Source: an uncultured Verrucomicrobiota bacterium (lineage in GTDB: Bacteria; Verrucomicrobiota; Verrucomicrobiia; Limisphaerales; JAEYXS01). From it: 64,000 nt of DNA. The position numbers and the translations under genes are program-made. Shown piece after piece: positions 53,250 through 62,120 of the stretch (position 1 is the stretch's first letter; every line of letters begins with the position of its first letter). The notes beneath the pieces are model-generated. The model made no database searches and was not told the DNA's origin. It saw only the letters and a program-made list of their open reading frames with translations. Location of the stretch: assembly GCA_964589735.1 (NCBI GenBank), contig CAZPUL010000002.1, positions 8,176 through 72,175 of the forward strand, given 5' to 3'.

Positions 53250-54611
53250 GTGGAACGCACCAATGCCAGTTCACCGGCCCCGGTATTTCCCGCGGGCATC
53301 GGGAACATCTTTGCTTTCGCGGCTTTCAACGCGCTGTCCTTCCAGATCGTCCTGGGCAGCCCGATGATCCTGTATGCGAAGACGCTGGATGCCAGCGCCA
53401 CGGTGCTCGGTATCATCGCGGGCATGATGCCGCTGCTGGTCATCTTCCAGATCCCGGCGGCGAAGCATGTGGCCAGCGTGGGCTATAAGAAATTCGTCCT
53501 CGGTGGCTGGTCCATCCGCGTGGTGTTCATCTTTCTGATGGCCTTGGTGCCGTTGAGCGAAGTGTTCTTGAGCAAGGAATCGCGGCTCTCGCTGATGCTC
53601 TTCCTGCTGTTCTTCTTCAATCTTTCGCGAGGCATTTCCAGTTGCGGCTGGCTCCCTTGGATCACCTCATTGATCCCGGGCGAGATCCGTGGGCGCTACC
53701 TGTCGCGTGAGGCGGCGATGGTGAACATCGCCAGTTTCATCACCATGATCATAGCGGCCGCTTCTTTGGGGAAAGATCCGCAAGCGTGGCAATTCGCCGC
53801 CATCATCGCCTTCAGCGCGCTGATGGGGGCGGCCAGCCTGGTGTTCCTGAAACGCATCCCGGAAGTGGCCGCGCCGGCGCAGATCGCCAGTTCAAATACG
53901 CCGGTGCCGTGGAAGGAGATTTCAAGCTATCCGCCGTTTAGGAAGCTGCTGAATCTGAGTGTGGTCTGGTCGTTTGCCTACGGCGGCATGGGTGCTTTTC
54001 CCATCGCCTACTTGAAGGTGATGGCGGGTGTGCCGGAGGGTAAGATCCTGTTCATGACCTCAGCGGCTTTCATCGGCGGGCTTTGCAGTCTGTGGCTGCT
54101 GGGGGCTCGGTTGGATCGCTTGGGCAGCAAGCCCGCGTTGGCCTTGGGGCATACGTTCTTTTTGCTCATCGTCGCCGGCTGGTTTTTGCTCGCGGCGAAA
54201 GTCATCGCGTTTTCCATCACCAGCGTGCTCGTGCTCATGTTTCTCACGGGCATGAGTGCCTCCATCACCGGCATGGCGATGACCCGGCTGGCCATGGCGG
54301 TGGTGCCGGAGATGGGGCGGTCCCATTTCTTCGCGCTTTATTCCGTGGCGGGCAGCCTTTCCCTGGGCATCGCTCCAGTGGTCTGGGGCGTGCTGATCGA
54401 TGCCATGCAGGCATCGGAGTTTATCTGGCAGGGGATGGATTTGAACCGCTATGCGTGGTTCTTCCTCGCCGTGTTCGTCACGTTCCTGTTTTCCCTCAAT
54501 CAATGCCGCAAGCTGGTCGAGCCAGCCGCCGGCAGCATGGAAGATCTGTTGAAGGACATCCTCAGCCAGACGCCCCTGCGCGTGTGGGTCCGCTTTTGGC
54601 AGAGATTTTAA
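53250..54611 (+). CDS. MFS transporter
   Basis: ~12 predicted TM segments and a mid-protein loop. GTG start at 53250. Confidence 0.75.
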   Translation: MERTNASSPAPVFPAGIGNIFAFAAFNALSFQIVLGSPMILYAKTLDASATVLGIIAGMMPLLVIFQIPAAKHVASVGYKKFVLGGWSIRVVFIFLMALVPLSEVFLSKESRLSLMLFLLFFFNLSRGISSCGWLPWITSLIPGEIRGRYLSREAAMVNIASFITMIIAAASLGKDPQAWQFAAIIAFSALMGAASLVFLKRIPEVAAPAQIASSNTPVPWKEISSYPPFRKLLNLSVVWSFAYGGMGAFPIAYLKVMAGVPEGKILFMTSAAFIGGLCSLWLLGARLDRLGSKPALALGHTFFLLIVAGWFLLAAKVIAFSITSVLVLMFLTGMSASITGMAMTRLAMAVVPEMGRSHFFALYSVAGSLSLGIAPVVWGVLIDAMQASEFIWQGMDLNRYAWFFLAVFVTFLFSLNQCRKLVEPAAGSMEDLLKDILSQTPLRVWVRFWQRF

Positions 54612-54632
54612 GAGCTGGGCCGCTGCCTGGCC

Positions 54633-55550
54633 TTACGCCAGCCAGGTCTTCAGCACCTGCAGATCTTTCTTCATGTGGCCCATCATCTGTTTCTGATCGC
54701 CCATCTCATACTCATGATGCTGGGAGATCGGGCCGCTGTAGCTCGTCTTCCTCAGGTTGTCGAAGAAGGTCTTGCTGACCATGCCTTCACCCAGCGGTGC
54801 CCACTCGGCTTTCGCGCCTTTGGCGTCCTTCTTCCAGTTGAAATCTTTCACGAAGACCGCGGTGTAGAAGGGCTCCATCAACTTCGCTTCGATGGGCCAG
54901 GAGAGCCCGCCCTCGATCGTCGCATGGCCGATGTCGAAGCACATGCCCATGTGTTTCGGATCGAGATCCTTGATCATGCTATATACATCCCAGATGGGCG
55001 CACCCACGTAATCACGACCGGAATGATTCTGGAAACCGGCCTGGATGCCCAAGGACTTGCACGCCTCGGCGATGTCCTTCAACTGCGCGCCGATCTCCTT
55101 CAACTGCTCCGCTGGATTCTTGTCCTTCTCGTATTTCCAGAAGCCAAGCCGGATGCGCTTGATGCCCAGCTTGGAGGCCGTGCGCAAGACGGTTTCCGTA
55201 TGCGGCGTCTGCATGGACGTGATGGCCGTGGTGAGGATGTAGAGATCCAGCTTCTGCTTCCGAAATACCTCGGCGAACTTGGGCAATTCATCGGCGACCT
55301 TTTCCGGTTCGATCTGGCCCTTGGGCCGCACAGGGCATTCGATGCCGTCCCAGCCCACTTCCGCCACGAAATCGGCCGTCTGCTGGGCGCTCAACTGCTG
55401 GAACGGCTTCGAGAAGGCGATGATCGGGTACTTGCTCTTCGCCGGTGCTTGGGCGCGAGCGAGACCGGCTCCCGTGCTGAGCGCGGCGGCGGTCAAGGTG
55501 GTCTGGAACAGGAACTCACGACGGGAAAGCGATGTTTGCGGGCGGATCAT
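54633..55550 (-). CDS. Xylose-isomerase-like TIM-barrel (sugar phosphate isomerase/epimerase) protein with Tat signal
   Basis: 'SLSRREFLFQTTLTAAALSTGAGLARA', 'FQNHSG' and 'MCFDIGH'. Confidence 0.8.
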   Translation of the reverse strand: MIRPQTSLSRREFLFQTTLTAAALSTGAGLARAQAPAKSKYPIIAFSKPFQQLSAQQTADFVAEVGWDGIECPVRPKGQIEPEKVADELPKFAEVFRKQKLDLYILTTAITSMQTPHTETVLRTASKLGIKRIRLGFWKYEKDKNPAEQLKEIGAQLKDIAEACKSLGIQAGFQNHSGRDYVGAPIWDVYSMIKDLDPKHMGMCFDIGHATIEGGLSWPIEAKLMEPFYTAVFVKDFNWKKDAKGAKAEWAPLGEGMVSKTFFDNLRKTSYSGPISQHHEYEMGDQKQMMGHMKKDLQVLKTWLA

Positions 55551-55653
55551 GGGGTAAGTTTGACCAGGTGCGGGAGAATTTCAATGCTGGTTTGTGATGA
55601 GCTTTTCCCAAGGTTTCTCTGGCACTACCTGTGTGTCCTTATTAAACTAAGCC

Positions 55654-56127
55654 ATGCGCCTTTACTTCCTCAGGCACGCTGATTCTCCGCCCGGAGCGGA
55701 TGACGCAGTCAGGCCGCTCTCCAAACTGGGCCAGCGCCAGGCCAAGGCCTTGGCTGACCTGCTGGTGAATGCCGGGATCGTGTTTGATGCGGCCTACAGC
55801 AGTCCTTTGGTGCGGGCGCGGGAAACCGCGGAACTCATCCTGCCGGTCACCAACAGCGACAAGCGTATCATCTTGGAACTGACCGATGCGTTGCTGAATG
55901 AGGAGAAGAATTTTGCGGGCTGGCTAAAAAAGATTCCTGACGGGAAGAACATCCTGCTGGTGGGGCATAATCCCTCCATCTCCGATCACATCGTCCACCT
56001 GCTCCAGTGGCATGCGGGTGATTCCTTTGAGATGTCCAAGGGGATGCTCGCCTGTCTCCGCACGGAAGACCGGGCGATCTATTCCCTGAAACTTGTCATC
56101 GGCCCGAAGATGCTGGGGGTGAAGTAA
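55654..56127 (+). CDS. sixA: Phosphohistidine phosphatase SixA-like (histidine phosphatase superfamily)
   Basis: 'MRLYFLRHADS', 'SSPLVRARETAE' and 'LLVGHNP'. Confidence 0.75.
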   Translation: MRLYFLRHADSPPGADDAVRPLSKLGQRQAKALADLLVNAGIVFDAAYSSPLVRARETAELILPVTNSDKRIILELTDALLNEEKNFAGWLKKIPDGKNILLVGHNPSISDHIVHLLQWHAGDSFEMSKGMLACLRTEDRAIYSLKLVIGPKMLGVK

Positions 56128-56181
56128 CCCCTGACCCGTAGCAGCCGACGTAAGGAGGCTCCGCCATTCCCGTAACCAGTC

Positions 56182-56514
56182 ATGAATTCCAGCAGCTCAA
56201 AGTACGTCCTTCCCGTTTGCGCCATCGTCGCGAGTTTCTTTGGCGTATCCATCATCCGCTATTCTCTGGGGCTTTACTTGGCCGCGTTGGGCCAACAGAC
56301 CGAATTGTTCCCCAAAAGCGTGCAATTTGTCTGGCGTATCCATGACTATCGCTGGCTGATCTTGAGCTTGGGAACTGTGGGGTTCATCGTGGTCTGCCGG
56401 CGCGCGAAGACGGAAGCTGAATCCAATCTGGTCAGCGGCCTTTATATGCTGGGCTGGTTCGTGCTTTGTTTTCTGGTCCAGTTTTGCCTCGTTTACGGTT
56501 TGAACCAGCGTTGA
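56182..56514 (+). CDS. Small membrane protein, unknown function
   Basis: Four hydrophobic segments; no motif recognised. Confidence 0.5.
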   Translation: MNSSSSKYVLPVCAIVASFFGVSIIRYSLGLYLAALGQQTELFPKSVQFVWRIHDYRWLILSLGTVGFIVVCRRAKTEAESNLVSGLYMLGWFVLCFLVQFCLVYGLNQR

Positions 56515-56559
56515 TTGGATTTTCCTTTGCTTGCCCCGCCAGATTCCTAGGCTCTCGCC

Positions 56560-57420
56560 GTGACCGTTCTGGAAACGATACAACGCAGCACCGAGTTTTT
56601 GCAGCGCAAGCAGGTGGATTCCCCCCGTTTGCAGGCGGAGCTGTTGCTGGCGCATGTGCTGAAGATGCCGCGCCTCAAGCTGTATCTTAACTTCGAGCGC
56701 GCCTTGCAGCCCGCCGAAGAGCAATCCATGCGCGAACTGGTCCAGCGGCGCGGCAAGCGGGAACCGCTCCAGCATCTGGTAGGCACCGTGAACTTCTGCG
56801 GTTACGAACTGGAAGTGAACCGCGATGTGCTCATCCCCCGTCCGGAAACGGAGCATTTGGCGGAACTGGCGTGGACTTACCTTAACGGATTACCGAAAGG
56901 TGAACTGCGCGCCTTGGACCTCGGCACAGGCTCGGGTTGCCTGCCTATCACCATCGCTGTCAAGTGTCCAAAGGTGACTTTGGACACGGTAGATATCTCG
57001 GCAGCAGCCTCGGCGGTTGCCAAACGGAACGCAGAAAAGCATCAGGTGACTGCGCGGCTGCATTTCCTGGAGGGAGATCTGTTTCAGCCCTTAAGCAAGG
57101 GGCAAAAGTATCACCTGATCGTCAGCAATCCGCCTTACATCGAGGCGGCGGAGATCGAGACATTGGAGCCGGAGGTGAAGGATTTCGATCCGCGTCTGGC
57201 CTTGGATGGCGGAGCGGATGGATTGGAGTTTTACCGGCGGTTGGCCAAGGAAGGGGCCGCTTGGCTGTTGCCTAATGGTCGCTTGATGGCGGAATTCGGT
57301 GAAGGACAGGGGCCGGCCATCCAGCAGATTTTTGAAGGCAACGGATGGACGGTTCATGCTTTGGAGAAAGATTTAAGCGGTCGGGAACGCTTCGTGATTG
57401 CCAGTCTGCGAAGCGCGTGA
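56560..57420 (+). CDS. prmC: Release-factor glutamine N5-methyltransferase
   Basis: 'LDLGTGSGC' (SAM motif), 'IVSNPPYI' (NPPY) and 'PRLALDGGADGL'. Confidence 0.9.
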   Translation: MTVLETIQRSTEFLQRKQVDSPRLQAELLLAHVLKMPRLKLYLNFERALQPAEEQSMRELVQRRGKREPLQHLVGTVNFCGYELEVNRDVLIPRPETEHLAELAWTYLNGLPKGELRALDLGTGSGCLPITIAVKCPKVTLDTVDISAAASAVAKRNAEKHQVTARLHFLEGDLFQPLSKGQKYHLIVSNPPYIEAAEIETLEPEVKDFDPRLALDGGADGLEFYRRLAKEGAAWLLPNGRLMAEFGEGQGPAIQQIFEGNGWTVHALEKDLSGRERFVIASLRSA

Positions 57421-57478
57421 AAAAGTCGCGCGTCGTTGATTCTCTGGCGCAAACTTTTTTCGGTTCGATTTTGATTAT

Positions 57479-58738
57479 ATGGACAGTCTTTTGATCAAAG
57501 GCGGCATCCCGCTGCACGGCGATGTGCAGATCAGCGGAGCCAAGAACGCCGTGCTCCCCCTCATGGCCGCCACCCTCCTCACGGCTGAGCCATGCATCAT
57601 CCGCCGCGTACCGGACCTGAGCGACGTGAAGTTCATGGGCCAAGTTCTTACTTCACTCGGAGCGACGGTGGAGATCAACGGTGACGAGGTGAAAATCCAG
57701 GCCAACAAGATCAAGGGCACGGGTGATTATGACCTGATCCGCAAGATGCGTGGATCCATCTGCATCTTGGGCCCGCTGCTGGCGCGCTTGAAGAAGGCCA
57801 CGGTGTCGCTGCCGGGTGGTTGCGTCATCGGTGCCCGTCCGGTGGACCTGCATTTGAAGGGCCTCGAGGCCCTGAGCGCGAAGATCGTCGTCGAGCGCGG
57901 TTACGTCATTGCCAAAGCCCCGAAATTGATCGGTCGCGAGATGTTCCTTGGTGGTCGCTCGGGCCCGACGGTTTTGGGCACGGCGAATATCATGATGGCG
58001 GCGACGCTGGCGGAAGGCGTGACCATCATCGACAGCGCGGCGTGCGAGCCGGAAGTGGTCGATCTGGCGAACTTCCTGAACGCCATGGGCGCCAAGATCA
58101 CGGGTGCGGGCAGCCCCACCATCACCATCACGGGTGTGAAAGAGTTGCATGGTGCGGAGCATGAGGTCATTCCGGACCGCATTGAAGCGGCCACTTATGC
58201 GATCGCGGCGGCGGCGACAAATGGTGAAGTAACCCTCCATGGTGCGCGGGCGGATCACATGCACGCCATTTTGGACAAGCTCCGTGAAGCGGGTGTGAAA
58301 GTTGAGCGAAGCGGCCCACGCATCACCATCAAACGCAATGGCAAACTCAAGCCGGTGGACATCGTCACCCAGCCTTACGCAGGGTTCCCGACGGATGCCC
58401 AGGCGCAGATGATGGTGCTCATGGCGTTGACGCCCGGCATCAGCATCATCACGGAACGGATTTTCGAGGCCCGCTTTATGCACGTCAGCGAGTTGCTGCG
58501 TTTGGGGGCGGACATCGCCATCGAGGGGCCAAGCGCCATCGTGAAGGGCGGCAAACCGCTTAGCGGCGCAGAAGTGATGGCGAGCGATCTGCGTGCCTCG
58601 GCGGCCCTGGTCATCGGCGGCATGGCGGCGAAGGGTTCCACCCAGGTGAACCGTATCTATCATCTGGACCGTGGCTACGAGAAGATCGATGAGAAGCTGA
58701 AGAAGTTGGGGGCAAGGGTGTCCCGGGTGAAAGAGTAG
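57479..58738 (+). CDS. murA: UDP-N-acetylglucosamine 1-carboxyvinyltransferase
   Basis: 'ISGAKNAVLPLMAATLL', 'LPGGCVIGARPVDLHL' (catalytic Cys) and 'HLDRGYEKIDEKL'. Confidence 0.95.
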   Translation: MDSLLIKGGIPLHGDVQISGAKNAVLPLMAATLLTAEPCIIRRVPDLSDVKFMGQVLTSLGATVEINGDEVKIQANKIKGTGDYDLIRKMRGSICILGPLLARLKKATVSLPGGCVIGARPVDLHLKGLEALSAKIVVERGYVIAKAPKLIGREMFLGGRSGPTVLGTANIMMAATLAEGVTIIDSAACEPEVVDLANFLNAMGAKITGAGSPTITITGVKELHGAEHEVIPDRIEAATYAIAAAATNGEVTLHGARADHMHAILDKLREAGVKVERSGPRITIKRNGKLKPVDIVTQPYAGFPTDAQAQMMVLMALTPGISIITERIFEARFMHVSELLRLGADIAIEGPSAIVKGGKPLSGAEVMASDLRASAALVIGGMAAKGSTQVNRIYHLDRGYEKIDEKLKKLGARVSRVKE

Positions 58739-58775
58739 GGGAAAACTCCAAGCTCAAAGTTCAAAGCTCAAAATT

Positions 58776-58812
58776 AGCTCCAAATCCGTCGTGGGCGGAT
58801 CTGGAGCTTTTT
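58776..58812 (+). terminator. Rho-independent terminator after murA, nested in a longer word-repeat foldback
   Basis: AGCTCCAAATCC-GTCGTGGGC-GGATCTGGAGCT followed by TTTT. Confidence 0.75.
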
Positions 58813-58938
58813 CATGGGAGATTCTTTTGATTTTTGAGCTTGGGGTTTGGAGTTTTGATTCGGCATTTATTTCTGCTGGCTCTTGGCCCCGGCAGGCATT
58901 AGGTTGTCGCAGTTTCCAAATATTAGCTGAGGTGCCGT

Positions 58939-59442
58939 ATGGACATTAATTTTGCCTGCCCGAACTGCAACGTGTTGCTGACCGCGGATGACTCGATGGT
59001 CGGTGACGAGATCCAGTGTCCACAATGCAGCCTGACCTTCAATGTGCCGGAAGGCACCCCGGCCCCTCCGCCAGCGCCCGCCGTTGATCCGACCGAGGAG
59101 ATATTGGCGGCGACCTCCACACCTGAGCTCAAGCCGCGCCAGCGCATCAACCTGACGCTGCCCTCCAGCGCCCCTGGTTCGGGCGCGCTCATCGAGAAGG
59201 CGAACAAGCCGCTCGAAGTGGCGGCCAAGCTGGGCATTTCCTTCGTCGTGCGGACCATTCGCCGTTCCGAGTGCATCGTCAATGGCAAGGACCGCTTTGA
59301 TGACATGGTGGCCGAGGTTTTGAGCGGTGTGGGTGAGGAACATCTGCATTCCGTCACGCCGATCAGCTATTCCTATCTCGATAAAGCCTCCCAGATGGCG
59401 CTGATGGACTACGGCGTCATGATCATCTACAAGAAGCAGTAA
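58939..59442 (+). CDS. Zinc-ribbon protein with uncharacterised C-terminal domain
   Basis: 'CPNCNVLL...QCPQC', a Pro/Ala linker, then an ~80-aa globular tail. Confidence 0.65.
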   Translation: MDINFACPNCNVLLTADDSMVGDEIQCPQCSLTFNVPEGTPAPPPAPAVDPTEEILAATSTPELKPRQRINLTLPSSAPGSGALIEKANKPLEVAAKLGISFVVRTIRRSECIVNGKDRFDDMVAEVLSGVGEEHLHSVTPISYSYLDKASQMALMDYGVMIIYKKQ

Positions 59443-59499
59443 TTCAGCGGGGCCGGAGAAGCTCCCAAGCTCAAAGCACTGAAGAAACTTCCAATCTCA

Positions 59500-59535
59500 A
59501 GCTCCAGCTTTGCTCCGGCGGGTTGGAGCTTTTTC
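59500..59535 (+). terminator. Rho-independent terminator candidate
   Basis: AGCTCCA...TGGAGCT stem followed by TTTTTC. Confidence 0.6.
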
Positions 59536-59861
59536 TTTGGTCGTTTGGAGTTTTGAAGGGGGATTATCTTCCTTCTGTGGGCGTTCGACCACCCAGAGGC
59601 CGCCAGTTGGATTGGATCATCTGCTGAATCCCTTGCGGAGTGAAAAATGTATTTCCGACCGGCTCTATCAAACCGCCGAAGGGATGGCGGACAGGGAAGG
59701 GATGGCCTTTTTTGGTCCGGCAGGTGTGGATTCTGATGATTGCACTTTGGCGGTTATTGACGGAAACTTGTCCGCGTTCGGCTGACGTTGGTCGGGATTG
59801 AGCGTTTGCTGCTGCTGGCTGTCAATCATGATGGTCGGGGCGGCGCAAAAGCCGGCTACAG

Positions 59862-60386
59862 ATGCATACTGAGACCAAACCGGAACCAACCGTGAACGGA
59901 TGGGCCCGCCTGGTGGTGGGCAAACATCCGAAGAAGACGCTTTCGCGCATCGCGGTGACGATCATCACCTGCGCTGTGGTCTTTGGTTTTCTGGCCCGCC
60001 CCATCCAAGTGGTCGGTATCAGCATGTTCCCGACTTACAAGCAGGGGCAGTATAACTTCATCAACCGTGTCTCCTATTGGTTTTCCGAGCCACAACGCTT
60101 TGATGTGGTGGCGGTGGATGAGCGTCAAAACGGCATCCGTGCGGTCCTGCTCAAGCGTATCATCGGCCTGCCGGGGGAAAAAGTGGTCATCAGTGAGGGG
60201 ATCGTGGAGGTGAATGGCCAGCCCTTGGATGAGCCGTATGTGCGGGCGCGTTTTCCGTGGAAGGAAGATTTTGAATTGGGGCCGGAGGAGTATCTGGTCA
60301 TCGGTGACAACCGGGCCATGATCCAGGACAACCACACCCATGGGGTCCGCGCGCGCAAGTTGATCATGGGCAAGGTGCTGTATTGA
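59862..60386 (+). CDS. lepB: Signal peptidase I
   Basis: 'GISMFPTY' (catalytic Ser), 'LLKRIIGLPGE' (Lys) and 'VIGDNR'. Confidence 0.85.
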   Translation: MHTETKPEPTVNGWARLVVGKHPKKTLSRIAVTIITCAVVFGFLARPIQVVGISMFPTYKQGQYNFINRVSYWFSEPQRFDVVAVDERQNGIRAVLLKRIIGLPGEKVVISEGIVEVNGQPLDEPYVRARFPWKEDFELGPEEYLVIGDNRAMIQDNHTHGVRARKLIMGKVLY

Positions 60387-60392
60387 GTCGGC

Positions 60393-61781
60393 TTAAAAAT
60401 CGCGGAACGGTCCTCGCGGTTCGGCCTCATCCATCTGTTTCTTCCAGTTCACGAACTTGGCTTTCATCATGGCGGTCACGTCGGGCTTCTCCTGACTGAG
60501 GTCTTTTTTCTCGCTGAGGTCGGTGGATAAATCATACAGCCCTTTGCCTTTGGCGGATTCCACCCACTTCCAGTTGCCGACGCGGGCGGCACGATCGCTG
60601 CGGCGTTCCCAATACATCTCGGTGCGCGGTGATTTCTGTTTGCCTTGCAGCACGGGCAGGAGATTGAAGCCGTCGAGGATGATATCCTTCGGTGGTCTGG
60701 CTCCGGCGATGGCAGTGAAGGTGGGGAAGAGTTCGAGGCCGGTGAGGAATTCATCCGTGACTTTTCCGGCCGGCAATTGGCCGGGCCAGCGGGCGAGGAA
60801 AGGCACGCGCAAGCCGCCTTCCCACATGGTGGATTTCGCGCCTTTCAAGGGCGCATTGCCGCCATTGCCACTGCCGCCGTTGTCCGACATGAAGACCACG
60901 AGGGTGTTTTTTTCCAGGTCATGCTTTTTCAAGGCGTCGAGCAGTTCACCAATGGCGGCGTCCATGCAGGTGACGGCGGCGTAGTAGGAGGTGAGCCTTT
61001 CTTTCGGGTCCATCTGGGGATATTTGCGGATGTATTCGTCCGGAGCCTGCACGCCGGGTTTGTCCAGATTGGAAGCGCCATGAGGAGCGTTGAAAGCGAC
61101 GTAGAGGAAGAAGGGTTGCTCGCGGTTCTCGTTGATGAAACGGAGCGATTCGCGTTTGAAGACATCCGTGGCGTAGGTGCCTTTGTCCGCCTCCGTGCGG
61201 TTGTTGTCACGGAACATGGAAGGCGCGCCATAACGCTCGTGCGTGTAGTAATCGATGCCGTTGTTCCCGATGCCGTAAAAGAAATCGAAGCCGCGCTGGA
61301 GCGGCAGGTAACGCTTGGCCTGGCCCATGTCCCACTTGCCCACCACGCCCGTGCGATAGCCGGCGGTCTTGAGCACATTGCCAATGGTGATCTCCTTGGG
61401 GTCCAGCCCCAGAGTCATCTCCGGCGAGACGAGGTATTCATCCCAGGAATATTTGTGCCCGTAGTTGACGAGGTCATTGCGGACCATGTCATAGAGACCG
61501 TTGCGTTGTGGATAGCGCCCGGTCAGCACGCTGCCGCGTGAAGGTGTGCAGGCGGGCCAGGTGACGTAAAAACTAGTAGCCCGCACGCCTTCCCGGGCGA
61601 GGCGATCCAAGTTAGGCGTCAGAATGGGCTTGGTGCCGATGATGCCGAGATCGGGATAACCCTGATCGTCCGAGATGATGAACAGGATGTTGGGCGGACG
61701 TTCAGCGGCAGGGAGATTGAGGGAGGTGAACAATGCCGGTAACAGCACGATGCCAATCCAGAATGAGCAGGCGCGGACCAT
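60393..61781 (-). CDS. Arylsulfatase (formylglycine-dependent, sulfatase family)
   Basis: 'ILFIISDDQG' and 'CTPSRGSVLTGR' (FGly motif). Start at the Met at 61781, followed by a signal peptide. Confidence 0.85.
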   Translation of the reverse strand: MVRACSFWIGIVLLPALFTSLNLPAAERPPNILFIISDDQGYPDLGIIGTKPILTPNLDRLAREGVRATSFYVTWPACTPSRGSVLTGRYPQRNGLYDMVRNDLVNYGHKYSWDEYLVSPEMTLGLDPKEITIGNVLKTAGYRTGVVGKWDMGQAKRYLPLQRGFDFFYGIGNNGIDYYTHERYGAPSMFRDNNRTEADKGTYATDVFKRESLRFINENREQPFFLYVAFNAPHGASNLDKPGVQAPDEYIRKYPQMDPKERLTSYYAAVTCMDAAIGELLDALKKHDLEKNTLVVFMSDNGGSGNGGNAPLKGAKSTMWEGGLRVPFLARWPGQLPAGKVTDEFLTGLELFPTFTAIAGARPPKDIILDGFNLLPVLQGKQKSPRTEMYWERRSDRAARVGNWKWVESAKGKGLYDLSTDLSEKKDLSQEKPDVTAMMKAKFVNWKKQMDEAEPRGPFRDF

Positions 61782-62120
61782 GCAGAATATGAAAGCACAG
61801 GTGATGGATTGCGGGAAGGGAAAGCTGATAGCAGGCCACCAATGATAGAGTGCCTGTGGCTGTTTTTGGTCTGTCTGGCTGGAATCGGGGCAGCTTAATT
61901 CTGCCTTGAGGCAATGGATTTGCGGTAGATCTTTCATGGGGAAAAGCCCTGATAGCACGGCGGTAGGAACACGCTAGGCTCTCCCACTGAAAACGGAATG
62001 GATGCACAGGGCTTTTGCCAAGAATGATGTAATTAAAGCAGTCAGGACAAAAAATGTCCATCATCGAGGCGGACTTTGCAAAAATTGGCCTAGAAGGTGC
62101 TGAATTGTAAATTTACAGGA

